A stretch of 64,000 bases of DNA. Source: Harriotta raleighana (taxonomy: Eukaryota). Below, piece after piece: positions 10,514-25,662 of this stretch. Below the pieces are notes generated by a model. The model did no database searches and was not told the DNA's origin. It saw only the letters and a list, made by a program, of their open reading frames with translations. The DNA lies in NCBI GenBank assembly GCA_050575255.1, contig JBNZDD010013692.1:3473379-3537378 (forward strand), read 5' to 3'. Numbering within the stretch: the stretch's first letter is position 1; the number at the start of each line of letters is the position of its first letter. The translations under genes were made by a program, and so were the position numbers.

Positions 10514-13500
10514 CTGTAAAATACAAAGAGAAATCGATAAATGAGATCAATCTTATACTGCAGTACCCCAATCATATTTTCCTCACTAAAAGTGGCATTA
10601 TGTCTTAACAATGTAAAGCATTGCAGCTGAAAGCTGTAATTACATCCATGACAAAAATGAAGTAACACAAACTCTTTTTAAAGGAAACTCTGCACTGCGC
10701 TGAATGTAAATATATGAACAATTTTTGCAGTAAGATGACAAGCACATTACTAAATATAATACAGTGATATTTTCAGCAAAATGTATTGCTCCATGACTGA
10801 AAGTTTAATTCATGATATTTGATGCTCTGGTGAAAAACCTTAATGTTTTAGAAGATCTGTGATCCACAGATGTAATGTAGTGTTATTTTAATGATGCAAA
10901 ATAAAGAGTGGAACACTTTGGCGGAATTGGTTCCTTGAGTTGTTTTTCCTACAAGTGTCACTCACTCCACATAAACACTTCAAGATGTATAATCCTTGTA
11001 ACAAATCTCCTTTTGGAACATACGCTTGGCTCAAAGCTCCCACTAAATCACTGCACTAAGAACTGCCTTCTCCAGCACTAAATGAAAACGCGGGACGTGC
11101 TATTAGGGCACATTGTTTGAGGTTTGTGGTTACAGACAGGAAATGACCACTTTCCTGTGGGCCTCGCTCTCCCTATATTACAAACAGCCTTGTGTGGAGT
11201 TAAGGGACTATTTAGTTGTCCACAGGAAATCTAATAAAAGACAACTTTCACAGATTCTGGGTGCAGGCTAGACAATACATGATATCTCAGTACTTTTCAC
11301 ATTATACCAATTTTTAGTACATAGGCAGCATAATATATCTATATGTAACCTTTTTAGATTTCACATTTAGGAGATAAAGGAAATTAGAAGAGATAAACAA
11401 TTGCAAATGACCTCCCAGGCCACACACCCCCACACGCCACCAACCACACACACAGAACCAGACATGGTAAAATAACAGAGATGGGGAGAACGTAAGAAAG
11501 TAAAAGGTGCTAGAAGAGATGGAAGAAGAGATGGGAAGGAATTTTCCTGGTAAACTAAAAAAACAGCCTGAGCTGGATGTAGGAAATGGACGAGCTAAAT
11601 AAAATATACATTTTTAAAAATATGTATATGGCTGGACAATTTAAACTGTAGAAGGTTTACATAAAAGCTTTTATATGAGGATCGTACATCTGGAACTGTC
11701 CAAAAACATCTTTGTTGCAAAAATTCAAGTTTGATTCGTCATTTTGACAGCTCACTGCAAACATTCTGTTTTGCATATATGAATCAGTGGCTCATGAGGA
11801 AAAAAACAGTAGCCATATATATATATATATTATATGTAATATACACACACACTTTCTTCTATATGAGATTGATAGGCTCAGAGAGAGATGGTAAGAGAAA
11901 TGTGTGTTGATGGTACTCAAAAGAAAAGAGTCATTAGAGATGACAAAAAGTATATAGATCTGAAAGAAAATGTGCACAGAGAAAATGAAATCCTCAGTGA
12001 AGGAATCAAATGTAAAGGAGAGGCACACTCATATGAGGAATCTACATAGAAACATCTGAACTAACTAAAGATACAGATTAAACAAGTCAATAACTACTTT
12101 TTGCAGTTTTCTCAAAAAGTAAATGTGCGCTGACGAGACTTTAGAACTTTTTTTTTCCAAAAGCAGAAGATAAAAAATAGATTATAAAAACAATCACAAA
12201 AGGACTCCTCCCTGACAGTGTCTAAACCAAATATTACAGTGCTTCAGTAAGCTAACATTTAGAATACGTGAACTACATTTCTCTATACTCCTTCTTTGAG
12301 ATTGGACCTACCAGTCTTTGTCAGGCTCTGTTCCCCATTAACTTGCTCTGTGGAGAGATCAGGCCTCTCTGAGAAAAGAATCTAACCTGTCAATACCGAG
12401 TCTAACCCTGAAAGATAACAACCCAGATGAAAGCTTCGAGCTGAACACCAGATATCCGTGCTCTCCTTCTCACTGCTAAGACCTACCATGCAAGCAATGA
12501 CCTCAAGCGTTTGTTCCAATTTATCACTGACTAGCCAATTATAATTTCACAACTTCAATTGTCTTTTGGAAAACGAGGCAGAAAGAGCTCTGGAGTCCTT
12601 GGAAATTCATGAGCTCGGTACAAATCTGCATTTAGTAATACAAATATACTTAATATTCAAGCTGCAAATCACTAAGGGCCTTGTTAGACAAGCAAAGTGA
12701 GTGGATCCAATGACTTTGTGGTACACAACCTGCAGATTTGGGTTCAATTTCTTTTTGATGGCAGTATTCCTGCAGAAAGATAATGACGGCCAGACTCTCA
12801 CCTACAACCTCCAAGGCCATTTACAAACCTGGATTAGGATCACATAGGATGCCTTTACAAGCTCTGTGGACCGTAGCAGGTTATCTATCTGTTGGAAAGC
12901 AGTAACAGTTGGCCCATCTCTAACCTTTAGAGAAGTCGAGGCATTAATTTGAGAGAGGCCGTGATAACCATTGCTCGTCTCCAACAACAATAGCACAACC
13001 ATTAAAAATACTCATCCAGAAGAAGGGTAAAAAAAAATCAGCCAGGGTTAGTGCATAGCTCTCACCCCCACCCCACCCACCCTAGTAACCTCTGCTACAA
13101 ATTGTTGTGATGTATGGACAGACTTAGCTCGGATACAATGCCACCTCTCTCTGTGGGGTTACATAGCCTGTTGCTGATACTAGCTGGTGTGGAGTTCACA
13201 GATCTAACAGGCGAGATACTGGGCGGCACTCAAAAATTGTAGAACAATACCTCAAGATGAGTAGCTCTTAAAGAAAGGATGAAAAAAAGCTGTAGAAATC
13301 TCATCGGACAGCTTTGCAAATCCCCTTAATAATGAAAAAAATCCTCACTGGGCGATAAATCAGCAACAAAGGTGGAATAAAATCACTGACAAGAGTGGAG
13401 GGGTGTTAGCTGTCCATTTTGTTATGGAGGGCTATCAGAGCATGGAATGCTTTGCCACAACTGAGGCTTAGACCTAACCCAGAAACTGGAAAGATATTTG

Positions 13501-16500
13501 GAGAAAGAATAAAAAAGGGTACAGGGAAAGAGCGTATGATTGGGATTAGAGTTGATAACTACAGTGGAGAAACAGGTACCAGCTGGATAACAACAACAAC
13601 TTAGATTTATATAGCAACCTCCACCCCAGATGGCATTTCAGAGTGCTTTTGATGATGTCAAATGGATTCTTTCCAATGCTGCTATTTCTATGATTCAGTG
13701 ATCTAGATTTGGAGATTGTGTTTGACTTGGATGTAGGTATGGATTACACAATAGCTCTCAACATTCATTCTCAGCCTGCCCTGGCCTTGTTTGTCTCCAT
13801 CAGATGCATTCAATTCTCAACCCCCGGACAGGTGTGCTGTAGTGTTTGCAGGACAGAACATGATAGATGGGATGGCATTAGTCACTTTTGGTAGTTTGTT
13901 TGAAATTGTACATTTTTTAAAAACATGGGAACAGGAACTGAGATTTTTCAAACCAAATTAAGATTAAAGTGAATCACTGCACCACACGCAGACTTTTGGC
14001 CTGACTGTGAATCAATGTTAATTTAACACTACTGTGTTATTGAACATAGATAGTGGATGCACATTTAATATCACAGGAATTGAATGCTGTGCAAAGCAGC
14101 TGGAAGTGATGGAACTGATAAGATACTTCTGATTCCATCAACTTTGTAATATGGATTTGTTACTTATGTACATTCAAAAAGGCTTTAAATGATGAGACAG
14201 ATCTTGCAGTCCACCACAAACTTTGGGTATTAATGCAAGTTAAAACATATCAAAACTCATTATCCACTGTTCAAGTCCTTCCCTGTTACAGTTGAGTTTC
14301 CCATAATATACCATACTATACAATATAGAATATATTCTTCCAAAGTGGGCACATTTACTATTCAATGGGGAAGCAGACTTGTTTGCTCTCAGAGTGGTAT
14401 ATTTGATGAGGACTGAAGAATAATCCCTCCCGCCACCCCTCCCCTGAGTGCTTTAACCTCAACTTTACAAGAAAATTATTTATTGCACCAAAGCTAATTT
14501 TTCGCACTTTCAACCTGGTTGTCGTTGTAGTCACTCAGAGCGAATGCAGTTGCCAATTTGTGACAAGTTTATGGACAGTTTTGGGTTACAGGCTCAATTG
14601 CCAGTCATGCTTACCAAAACCTATTTACAACTGGCAGGCAGGAATCAAATCCAGATCCAAGTGCGATAACACACTTTGATACTTAGTACAGTGATTATTC
14701 TCTCATTTTCCGTCAAATTAAACAGACAATGTAAATGCTACAACACAACTTTGTTGTACTGGATTCTTCAATTACAGACAGATTGAAGATTTTTAGTGCA
14801 GGCACCTTCATAGTGATAATACTTATTATCTTAATTATTTACTTCAGTGTAGATCATATACCAAATTTACTGAAAAGAGACACACGTACACTACAAGCGT
14901 ACAAATCAGAAATACAATCAGTTAGGAAATGAGCATGGCCACATTCAGAAACGTCTTAGTGTTACAAGGAGGACAATGATTGATTTCACCTGCAATTTGA
15001 ATAGGAATATTCAGTTTGCTGGGATTATAGAATAATATTCATAGACAAAAAATGCAACCCTCACATACACAAAGACAGAAACCACACAAAACACACACTC
15101 ACACAAATCTTGGAAGTGCAAGTTTTAAAAAAGCCTCAATTTTATTCAAGGCTTAGAAGATTAAATGAGCTTGCAATAAGAAATAAATCACTCCCGTGAC
15201 TCTTATATTTTAAAACAAAATCTTTGAAGTCACTTAAATATTTAGGACAATGATTTAAATATCTAAACTTTTGGACTGTGCAGTTTTCATTTTTAACATA
15301 CGTAGCTGGCAAATAGTTAACAACTTAGATCCTAACTGGGGTCTAAGCAAAACACAACAGGAAACATGATCTTCAATCATACCACACGGCTGCAGAAAAC
15401 ATAAGCAGTGACATTATAACATACATAAGGAAAAAGGAATAAAAGGGGATGAATTTTAGGCACACGTCAAGTATAAACAGCAGCATGGACTTGTTGGGCC
15501 GAATGGCTTGTTTCTATGCTGCAATAATTCTAAGTAATTCTCTGCAGGGAATAAATATAGAAGTTAATAACCATCAGCTAGAAAATACAGTTAAATTTGA
15601 AATGGAAAACGCAGGATATTTTGTTGTGTAAAAATGATTCAATAAAGTTGTAATCATCAAGTTCCACATAGGACCAGGGCTTGGCTCTGTTTGCATAAAA
15701 TCTGCAAGCATAACTTGATTTGCTATCCCTAATTTTGATCTGCAGTGAACTGTAATTGAAGTACAATATAAAATGGGGCAAAGAGGCTGCAAGTGACTGG
15801 ATGTGATCATGTAAAGTATTTTAAAAATATTTCTTATAACTAGTCCATATACAGTATGTAGAAAACAAAATGCAGATACCAATGGAGTCATGATAAATGT
15901 AGATAAGGGTTTGTTGTGCATCCTGCAAATTGTGCCAAACCTTCTCTTTATATTACTGTAACATCATTTAATATAGCTCTTTGGTCTGCGTCTTGGCAGC
16001 TGTCTCTATGTATTTGGGATTTAAAATCTTATGTCAGTGTGGTGCTGAGGAGAATGTTCACATTGGTCGTTTTCTTTAAGATTAATTTGTGTAAATATAA
16101 CGTGCCATTTCGATGGCCTCGGGTGATATTTCTCAATTTGCAAAGCACAAAATCATGTACACAGGCCAGTGAGAAAGTCAGCACGACTCTGCTACATTTG
16201 TTGTCATTTATTTTGTTAGAAAAATGAATCCAAATAACTCAAGTGCCAATGTCTAATGAATGGTGAAACACATGGCAATTGAAACGTGAGTGTAAAAGTA
16301 ATATCAAATAAAATTTTCTTAAAACAAGCCCCATCGAAACTCTGGTCAAATTTTAATGTGATTATTCTAATGATTTTGGTTTGCTGGGGTGTTTGAACTG
16401 TAATAAAAAAGCAGTCAAATAAAAAATAGTGTAATTTCAGTCAAAATAACAATATTCCACACTGCAATTGTTATTGTCATCTCTGTTTAAAACTAAATTT

Positions 16501-19469
16501 AATCACATAAAAGAGATTAGTAATACAATACAAAGTCATTGCATTGTTGATTGAGTCTCTGAAAAATAAATAAAGATGGCTTACTAAATGATGGTGGCCT
16601 CTTTCTAACACAACTCTTGATGCTATTAAGTTGGAGTTACACAGACAAACCTGAGATCAGGGTCAAACCCAAACGTCGGCTGCAAGAAAAGATTCAGTGA
16701 TATTTTTAGATTCGTTGTCCAATATTCCACTCACAAAACCCCTCTTGTCTGAATTCCAATGTTTAGCCTTTTTTTTTCCTATCCTGGTCATCCATTTTGC
16801 TTTGATTATAATCAATTTTGCTGCTGGAAAGAAAATTTGCTTCCGACAATTCCAGCCACAAGCAACTGTTTGCTGCCCATGAAAAATAATAAATTAAATT
16901 TAAGTCCTGAAAGGAAGAATTAATTTGAAAAATTGCAATTTTAGACTCATAAAAATCAATGCACTGACGTGAGAGTGTGCAAAGAGATATGCTGTTATTT
17001 CTTAGCAGTTGGAGTCAATTGCATTCTTTATGTATCTCAAATTACTTCACAATAGGCTCGCTTAACCAAATATTCAGCTTGATAAACATGAACCACATTA
17101 ACTAAGCAAGTAAGTTTTGTTCTTCAACTCCATTCAGCCTCAGATTAAAAATTAAATTGCAATCAGCATTTTTTAAATGCAAGCAATGTCATTTTTGAGA
17201 CACATAGATTGATAGAATTTGATATAATCGCTGAATGACATTTTTTTTTGTTTGGCGTTTGTGAGGAAAACCTCTCACAGTTTTATTGCTAAGCCATAGG
17301 AATTGCTGTGTTCAGAAAAAACTGAACTGGGTTTTTTTGTTCATCCAGGAACTATAAACAATGTGGATAATATCAATCATGGCAGTTGTGAAGAGGTTCA
17401 CAATGAACGATTATTACACAGCAATAATACCAGCTCTTAACTGTTAACTCTTAAAGAGTTTACCATCTTTCTGCTATCCATTACTATAATACTGTAACCT
17501 CTCAAATCCCTGTTCTGTTGCAGTATGAATCAACAGTATGTCACCAAGAAGTGTGCAAAGAGATTAGGGAGAATATAAGCACAAATGACCCTGCTCAAAA
17601 CCCCAGTACAGCACATACATATTTTTCATGAATCACTCTCCAATTGCTTCGTCCCTCCTTATTTTTAATGATTGATCAGAAACAGGTGGTTACTCAGAAA
17701 AAATATATAAAGGTGAAAAATCCAATATCCCAACTCCTCTCCATCAAGCATAATAGGTGTCCGTTATTATTGTAGTTGGACAGTGTTTACTTTACCTTAA
17801 GATTCATTGTAACTGTGTTTTACATCGTCCTGATGTGAAAGACGCTATACAGTGTGATTTGCTGTTGTTGTTTACATATTGGGGATTAAAACAGGCTTCG
17901 AGGGAAATCTGTAGTGCCAATGGATCTTTGATCCTATAAAAAAAACACTTCAGGTTTGTAAAGTGTGTCTCCTTCAGGGAACCCCATGTACGTCAGAAGG
18001 TCCATTGAGGTTTCAGGTTTGTGCCAAAATCAACTCAAAGTCAAGAACTCACAAGTCAGCATGACGTACACAAGATTCCCAAGAGGAGACACACTTTATG
18101 CCCACAAATGATTTTATTTTCAGCATTTGAGTCAACACTTCCATTGCCGGTATTCCGACAAGCGCATTTTCCACCTTACTGTAACCCAGGCACGGAACAT
18201 AAACACTTTGTAAATTTCACTGTCTTGCCCATCCACTCCCAGCCCAGATCTCATCAAACCCTATTATTTTCTTGACGCACAAAAAGATAAAAGTAAAATG
18301 CTCTGTTCACTTCTACACAGCCTTAATTTGTCTTTGTGTGTTCATACCGGCTATCAGGATTCCTAATAAAATACTGTATAATATAATTAAGTGCTAAAGT
18401 TTGAGGAAACAGTTTTTGCTCATTAATTTCTAGAAGCAATTTGACGTGGGGTGGTGGGTTGAGGGTAGAGCTTAAAGCCCTTCCCAGTAAGGTTGGTCCC
18501 TTATTAAGTCATTAATAAAGTTTCACAGAGGTCACAAAAATCAGTATATTGTGGAAGCTGTTTAATTACTATCCACTGTCGAAGCTTATTGCCTTGTAAC
18601 TGCCGGCTACAGTGCATGCGCAGATCGTACCATTCTCTCACAGAAAATATCATTACCTTGTTACTCTAGGGAGACCGAAGCTCATGTGAGAGCGAAGTTT
18701 ATGAATATGGAACAGATGGGCCCTCTATAAAGCTGTTCTATTGTAGTAAAAAAATAAACCTGCATCCCAGTTCAATCCATTTCTAGGATGTAACAAGAGA
18801 GTTCTCACAAAGTGCAAATGCATGTTTAATGAAGGAGTCGTTGGTTATACTTATTTAGGATTATTGGATTTATCCATGAAAGATCTTACCACAGGTTACT
18901 GCTAAACTAATCTCACGACAAATGGTTAGTTAACAACAATAACAAAATTACATTTATAGAGTGCCTTTCACGTTAACACCAAACATCTCATCCAAATGAA
19001 AACATCTTTAAGCAATGTATTCGGATACTTGTATTTTGTCACATCATGGTTCTAATTTTTTTTTACAAACACATTGATTATTACAATATCTGATATAGTC
19101 CAAATGTGAATGCTGTGTCAAGAATGATGAAGCATTGCAAATTCATTGCTTATTTATATAATGAAAAATGCTGCTTGTAGTTCGATTTTTAATCTATAGA
19201 TGAGTTCAAACCTGTAATCCTACTGGCTCTGTTAACAAACTTCTTGCTCATATTGATCAAGCTGAATACAATACTCAAGTTGAATTTTGCATTCATCAAG
19301 GTGAGAAATGTTAGCACAGGAAAATGGATTGTGGAAATATAAATAACAAAAATCCTTCCATTTGATCTAGCGCCTTTCACTTTGGGAAGCATTTCGAAGT
19401 GCTTCACAGGATTTACTGTGAAGTTCAGTGACCGTGCGTTTTGCTGGCAACGCATTCCTATTTTTGAAT

Positions 19470-19745
19470 ACCTATGTTCGTATGTTCGAATTCAAGCAGG
19501 TCAGGGCAAAACCTTGGGCAAGTTTCCTTTACTCCACACGCCTAATAATAATCCCCATCCCCAAAGAAACAAGAAAAAAATTGGTCATTTCAATCCACAA
19601 CTGTTTTGGGACACTGCTATGCGCAATTGGCTGCTGAGTTTCATCCATATATAATCAATTCACTTTACAGTACATTCTGTGAAGCGCTTTGAGACATTTA
19701 GAAGACGTGAACGGTATATCAAATTGCAAGGCTTATTATATTTGA
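19470..19745 (+). mobile_element. SINE copy, same family as 56610-56910
   Basis: GTTCGAATTC B box, AGTTTCCTTTACTCCACACGCC, GGGACACTGCTATGCGCAATTGGCTGC and the same tail. An oppositely oriented tail fragment abuts at about 19345-19460. Confidence 0.88.
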
Positions 19746-19794
19746 ATTATTATATGTATTATTATTACCCAGCATTACATTACTTATAAAATGA

Positions 19795-20390
19795 GGTTAA
19801 AAAAAGCCTATGTTAGCCTTTATCACAAAAGGCTGGAATATAAAATATGATGTTACAATTGAATACTAAATACCCTGTTCTGACCTCACGAAGTACTCTG
19901 CAGTTGTGGGTACCATAGAAAAGACGGAATGGCATTGGAGACTTTGCAGCACAAATTGTCCAAAATTATACCCGAATTAAAGAAGCTTTGTCACAGGGAC
20001 AGAATGAGCAAACTGGGCATTCCTCCCTTGAACAGAGGAAGTTGAGGGACAAAGTCGAGGTATTTAAGACAGTGAAGGGAACTGACAGAGGATAAAGGAG
20101 AGCCTCTTTCCTATGGTTGCAGAACCCAGAACCAGAGGGCATCATCTAAAAGTTAGAGCAAGACCTCTTTCTTTCCTCAGAAAATTGTGGAATTGTAATA
20201 TGTACTCGTTTCCTCAAAGGGCTATTAGTGAGTCAGCGAGCAAGTTTCAGAGGTAAATAGATAAATACTTGTGTAGAGAGAGTATCAGAGGGTATGGAGA
20301 AAATGTAGACAAATAGTATTGAGTTACTGATCAGTGATTATCTAAGGAAATGGCAAGGAGACTCAATAGGCCTACTCCTGTTCCTATCAA
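19795..20390 (+). mobile_element. Old degenerate CR1 3' fragment
   Basis: Recognisable CR1 end landmarks (CCTTGAACAGAGGAAGTTGAGGG, AGAACCAGAGGGCATCATCTAAAA, GGCCTACTCCTGTTCCTAT) with many indels. Confidence 0.75.
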
Positions 20391-23300
20391 GCATTTCCAA
20401 GTCAACTACAGCATAGTAAAAAAAATCCTCTCTTCCCTTTAACAATTCAGTGCCAGGTCAGTTTTGTGCTGCAAGCCTATGTCTAATAGAAACTGGGATG
20501 TCACTATCCAAACTCATTTCACACTGAGCCTCACTGCAATATAGAAACAATACAGCATTCAAACCCAGAAATTACAGGGTCTAATGCATTGCATTCCTAA
20601 CCTAGTCCACAATTTTATTTTTTAAATAAAATTATTTTTAAATGAAATTCAAATACAATGACTTCCAATTCTGATTTTGTTTTAAGGATATATATATATA
20701 TATATAAAATGATTTATTTTACTTTTTTTTAAATAAAAAAAAACTTTCTTTACAGAATTTATTTAGTAATTAAGCAAAAGTAAAATGCGTGTAAATCAAC
20801 ATCTCTAAGTACTAGATGGAATAATGACTGAAGTCATGATCACTGCACAAAAAAGCAAGTAAAATGGCCTTGGAACACCTCATTAAGCAGATGTTAAATG
20901 ACCACGAAGAACGCAAGCATGCAGTAGCTACTGCAAATGGACCCCTTTGCTAAATATTCCATCTTCTCAATTCCCCACAGTGTGAAATGTGAACTAACCA
21001 ACAAATGGCCAGTGTGCTCTATTTCTCAGGAGGAGAAAGATGACACAGCTGTGCAAGGGAATATATAAAACAAAATATCCACTAGTTATTCATTAAGCAA
21101 CTTTTATAGTGTAGGTTCGGGTGGTAAAATACTGAAGGCATTTATGCTTGTAGGAAGTGTCAGTCGAAGCAGATTTGCCTGAATATCATGGCAGCTCAAC
21201 TAGGTAAAATAACAAATTCATCATTAAAACATGGATACCAGGTTTGTAAGATACTATAGCTTCCCAGATGCTACTAAGAACTAAAAAGAAACTAAAGTAA
21301 CTGATTAACCTGACAGCAATATAAAACCAAATGCATTGGGATCTTTATATCTGATATTTGTGATTATGGTTTTCTTTTTTTTTTAAACTGTAAATTAATT
21401 TTAAAATAGCCCTCCAGGAAAAATCACCATCTGTGGATGGAATTTAAGCTCAAAAGTATTAATACATCACCTATATGCTTTATTTTTTAATGGGACAGGT
21501 CACTTTTACAACAAAACAATCCTGTTATTTATTAACGCCTAACACAGTAATGCTCAAAGAATTTGTTACAGATGTGAAGTGGTTCCAGAAGTTGTTGTAT
21601 GTGACTAGCCATTCAAAGCCGTCACCTCTTACACCTTGGTTGCTGGATGTAGTGACGTGTAGCATCATTACACTACTTGACTGAGTAACCCAGCTTTCAG
21701 AGCTCAAAATTGTGCTGCCAAAATTAAGAAATATTGCCTCAATTTGACTTTATCCCACACTTGCTTTGTTGATTAACCATTTTCTATTGTTCAAATGAAT
21801 TATACTGGCTTCTGTCTTCACCATCTAATTTCATCAGTGGTCCCACAAATCATCTTTATTGTGATGTCTCGCAATGAACTGGAACACCAAGTAAAATTGG
21901 ATTTTTCTGAAATGAATTGCTGGAACCGTTAATCTTTATCTAAGGACTGTAATAACTGTTTTGTTTACTGTGGCAGCTGAAAATGTCTTCGGCAATGCCA
22001 CCTGGCAGCCAACACATGCATTCATTAAGGAAAGGACAGAAATATTGGGAATTGTTATATTAAAAAAAACCTTTTGATAGCTCACAGGGATGGATTTCAA
22101 GCTCTAATTAGAGTGCAAGATACAGAGTTAGGGTCACCTTGCTTCTGTGTCCGAGTCTGCCATCACCATGCTTCCACTGAACTGCTACAACACTTTGATT
22201 TCTTTGAAAGAAGTCTCGAGTGGGCTTTATGAACTCGTTATCAAAAGGGAAGCCTTCGATTTTAGCGCTGCAACAGAAGCACTGTCAAAGCAATGTCAAT
22301 GTTTATGCTGATCACATCACCTTAAAGAGACTTTAACTGGTAAATAATTTTGTTTTGTTTCCCCAGCAGATGAAGACTATTTAGTTCCCGAAACGCCTGC
22401 ATTCTCAAAGGTTCCACTTCAGCATAGTCTCTGCTTAACCTTCAGCACTCACCCGCTGTGTTTTACAGGCAGTTTTGCTGCACATACCCTGGGGAAAACC
22501 AGAAACAAAAGGTGTTACGGGGAGTTTTACTCTCTGCACTTTTGAGTTTTTGTTGAGGTGAGATTTAGCAGATCTAACTAGCACCTCGGAGAATTAAGCT
22601 TGAAGCATCCATTTCACTTCACACCGCACCACACTTCTAAGAGACAATTTAATTTCCCCAAGGCACATAGTTACAGCATAGTTTCAAAATAAAATATAGT
22701 TCCCACATTTATTTCATGAAAGATTAAATGTGATTATGATCTTTCCTTCTTCAGTCTAAACCTGTGCCTTTCAATAAACTAATATCGCCAAACACACATT
22801 TAATTTTATTACAATGAAAAAGTTTACTTTGGCCATGGCACACATTTTATTTCCTCCACTTTTTTTTTCGTTCTTGGGAACTTTTTTTGAGTTTATCTGA
22901 TTAGCCAATTAAAGAAAATCCCACTCTGTTCTATTTCTGAAAGACGGAAAAACAATCTGGTGTAATTTATTCCACTGGTGCAAAAACAAGTGGCAATGTT
23001 GCTGCATATAACTTTAGATGAAGATTTTCACCACACTGCTGCAATATTTAGTGGTTGCTATCTTGCCCCATCCCCCTTCCATATGGTTTCCAGTCTGACC
23101 ACTTATTGGGATACTTCAGACATCCAGACACTCGCAAGTTTTCCCAAGGGGAACATAAAACCAAATACTGTGGCCTGTGTAGCTCAGCACGCAGCCAACA
23201 GAGAAGCTCTGGGTCATCAGTAGTGTATCTAGCGGGCCGCAGTGCCACAGACATGTGTGTAAATCCAACCACACAAAGCAGCCAGCTTGTCTGACTCCAG

Positions 23301-24649
23301 ACAGAGGCCAGCCTTTTGTGAATGTATATTTATTGCTCTCAAATTCTGTGACTGTCAATGACTAACCGTCCACAGTGATCGATTCCATAGCAGCACAGAG
23401 AACTGTAGCAGAGTGGTTTCAGACCCATGGCACTTTGTGGTACCCAGGTCAGAGGTGGCCCCTGTAGTTAGCTATCCAGCCTGATCCAGAAGGCAACCTT
23501 GGTTGCGGCATCCAATTTCATGGCATCCTCAGGGGGCATTTATTCAAGGAATATGATCCCGAGATATATAACTTCACAGCGACAAGGTCAGTGTGATTCC
23601 ATGCTGGGCAGTAAATTTACCAAGTTGGTGAGCGTCGACCACATCTCCACCGCCCAGCAGAGAATAAGACATGCTCGGCCCCCAAGCCTGAAGCAGGAAA
23701 GATCATAATCACTGGCTCCTCTGTCTCTATTTGTGCACTGAAATTTTCATTCCTACAGCAGGAATAGGGTTAGGGAACAAGCAAGATGGGATCCAAATGC
23801 TGTTAAACACCGTTAAGAGGTTTACTTTAAAAGAAAATGTGTTGAGTTATATTTTGCTGTGTTAAGTTTCTTTTAAGAGAAATTGTCCCTCATTGGCTGC
23901 ATAACCTTAGATTCTAAACTAAATTGTTTCTAAAGTAGATACTTGTACTTTCAAGCAGAAAGTACAGCAAGGTTACTTCCTAATATTTCCAGCCACGCGT
24001 GCCGGTTAGGGGTTAAGTCCTCTTGTGATGTGATCCCATCTTATGTGCCTTTAAGAATGCTTCAAAAATCCCTATGTGGAGTGAACATTTTCTGAAGATG
24101 AATTTTTTGTATTTCGGGTTGCTCTTCACTGGCAGAAGGTCTATAAATGTTGCAATTGTAAATGTAAGGTTCAAATACATTGTCTAAACATACTGTTGTC
24201 TAACACCACACTTTTTCCACGCATTCAAAGATGTCAGCAAGCTACTCGTAAACTTGGGCTATTAAGTAAAGCTTAATAAAACCAATTTTGTCCATGCTTT
24301 TGGTCATCCTACCCCTCCTCAATGACACTGGTTATCACCCGCATCTAGGAGGTACCAGCCAGTATGAGATGTTCACCCGAAGTAAAAGGCACTGTATAAA
24401 TGTAAATATTGTATTTTAAAGAGGCATTGTGAAAGACAGTTTTTACAAACCTTTGTCTGGTAGGGCTGAGAGGCAGAAAAGATATGTCATTTATGTCAGG
24501 CACCAGGGATTAGATGATATATTTTAGCACAGTAAACATTGGCACATTGAATGTTTGTGTAAATGACATTTTGCTGAAAACCGTTATCAAGGTAAATGGT
24601 GTCCTTTAAAACTGTGTAGTTCAGCAACATTTAGTTTATTATTCGATTC

Positions 24650-24815
24650 GATAGCAGCTTTTAAGAGAGAAGTGGATAGGTAACTGGGGAAGACGGGCTT
24701 GCAATGTTATGGGGAGAAAGCTGGTGATTGGGGTTAATAAAAGTGACAAAAAGCCGGCACAGACTCGATGCGCCGAATGGCCTCCTTCTGTGCCGTAACC
24801 TTCTATGATTCTATG
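24650..24815 (+). mobile_element. CR1/HER1-type 3' tail fragment
   Basis: GCCGGCACAGACTCGATGCGCCGAATGGCCTCCTTCTGTGCCGTAACCTTCTATGATTCTATG matches the tail of the 6843 element. Shorter similar tails lie at about 15480, 46020, 57410 and 62130. Confidence 0.85.
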
Positions 24816-25662
24816 CTTCTACCCACTGGTCATTCCTGTTACAAAGTCTACCCACCCCATCTAATTAAGCTCTGGAGGGAACCTTCTACTGATACTCCAC
24901 AATGTCAAAATTATTATTATTAGTTATTCATTCTTGCATGTCTATCATTCAATCCTGGCCTATCATACTCTTCAGATAACAAGAACCTCCATTCCACTAC
25001 ATGGCTTCGGCGGCAGAGAAAGTACCACATTCTACACACCACTTGCACATAATTCCTGTCATGTCTTTGTCCTATTTCCAACCAAACATTAGCCATCTTA
25101 AAAACAAATAACCAAACCAGACCAAGTGATCCACATATGCAAGACACCTACACAGGTTTGGAATGAAATACTTGCTCTCTTTCTGGAGGGACACATCCTG
25201 CTTACCAAATTCCGGAGAGTAGTTGGTGCAAATTGGCAAGCTCTAAAGCTTGGGGACTCATTGAGCTACTGATAATACCAGCTAATACCATATAGCTTGT
25301 CATTAAAAGCATTGTCTGGCCAACTTCCCACTGCTTGTCCAGCTAAGAGAGTATTATTACCGACCATAGAATTAGATAGCTCCGTTTCAAAGTAATTCAT
25401 CAACTCAGTCTCAACTGCTTTGAGAGTTTCCCAGTTAAAATAATAGTCAGCATTCAAAACATCAACATTGGCATAGTGTCGGAAAGAAACAAGGTGTCAT
25501 GAAGTTTCAGACTATCATATGGCAAAAGCTAAATATAGCAAGAATCCCATTATATATAAGTGATAAAAATAAATTGCTATTTTTAGCATTTGAGATACGA
25601 TGGGTCACATTATTTTGTCAAACTAGCACCTGTTGGGAAAACAAAAATAACACAATACTCAC

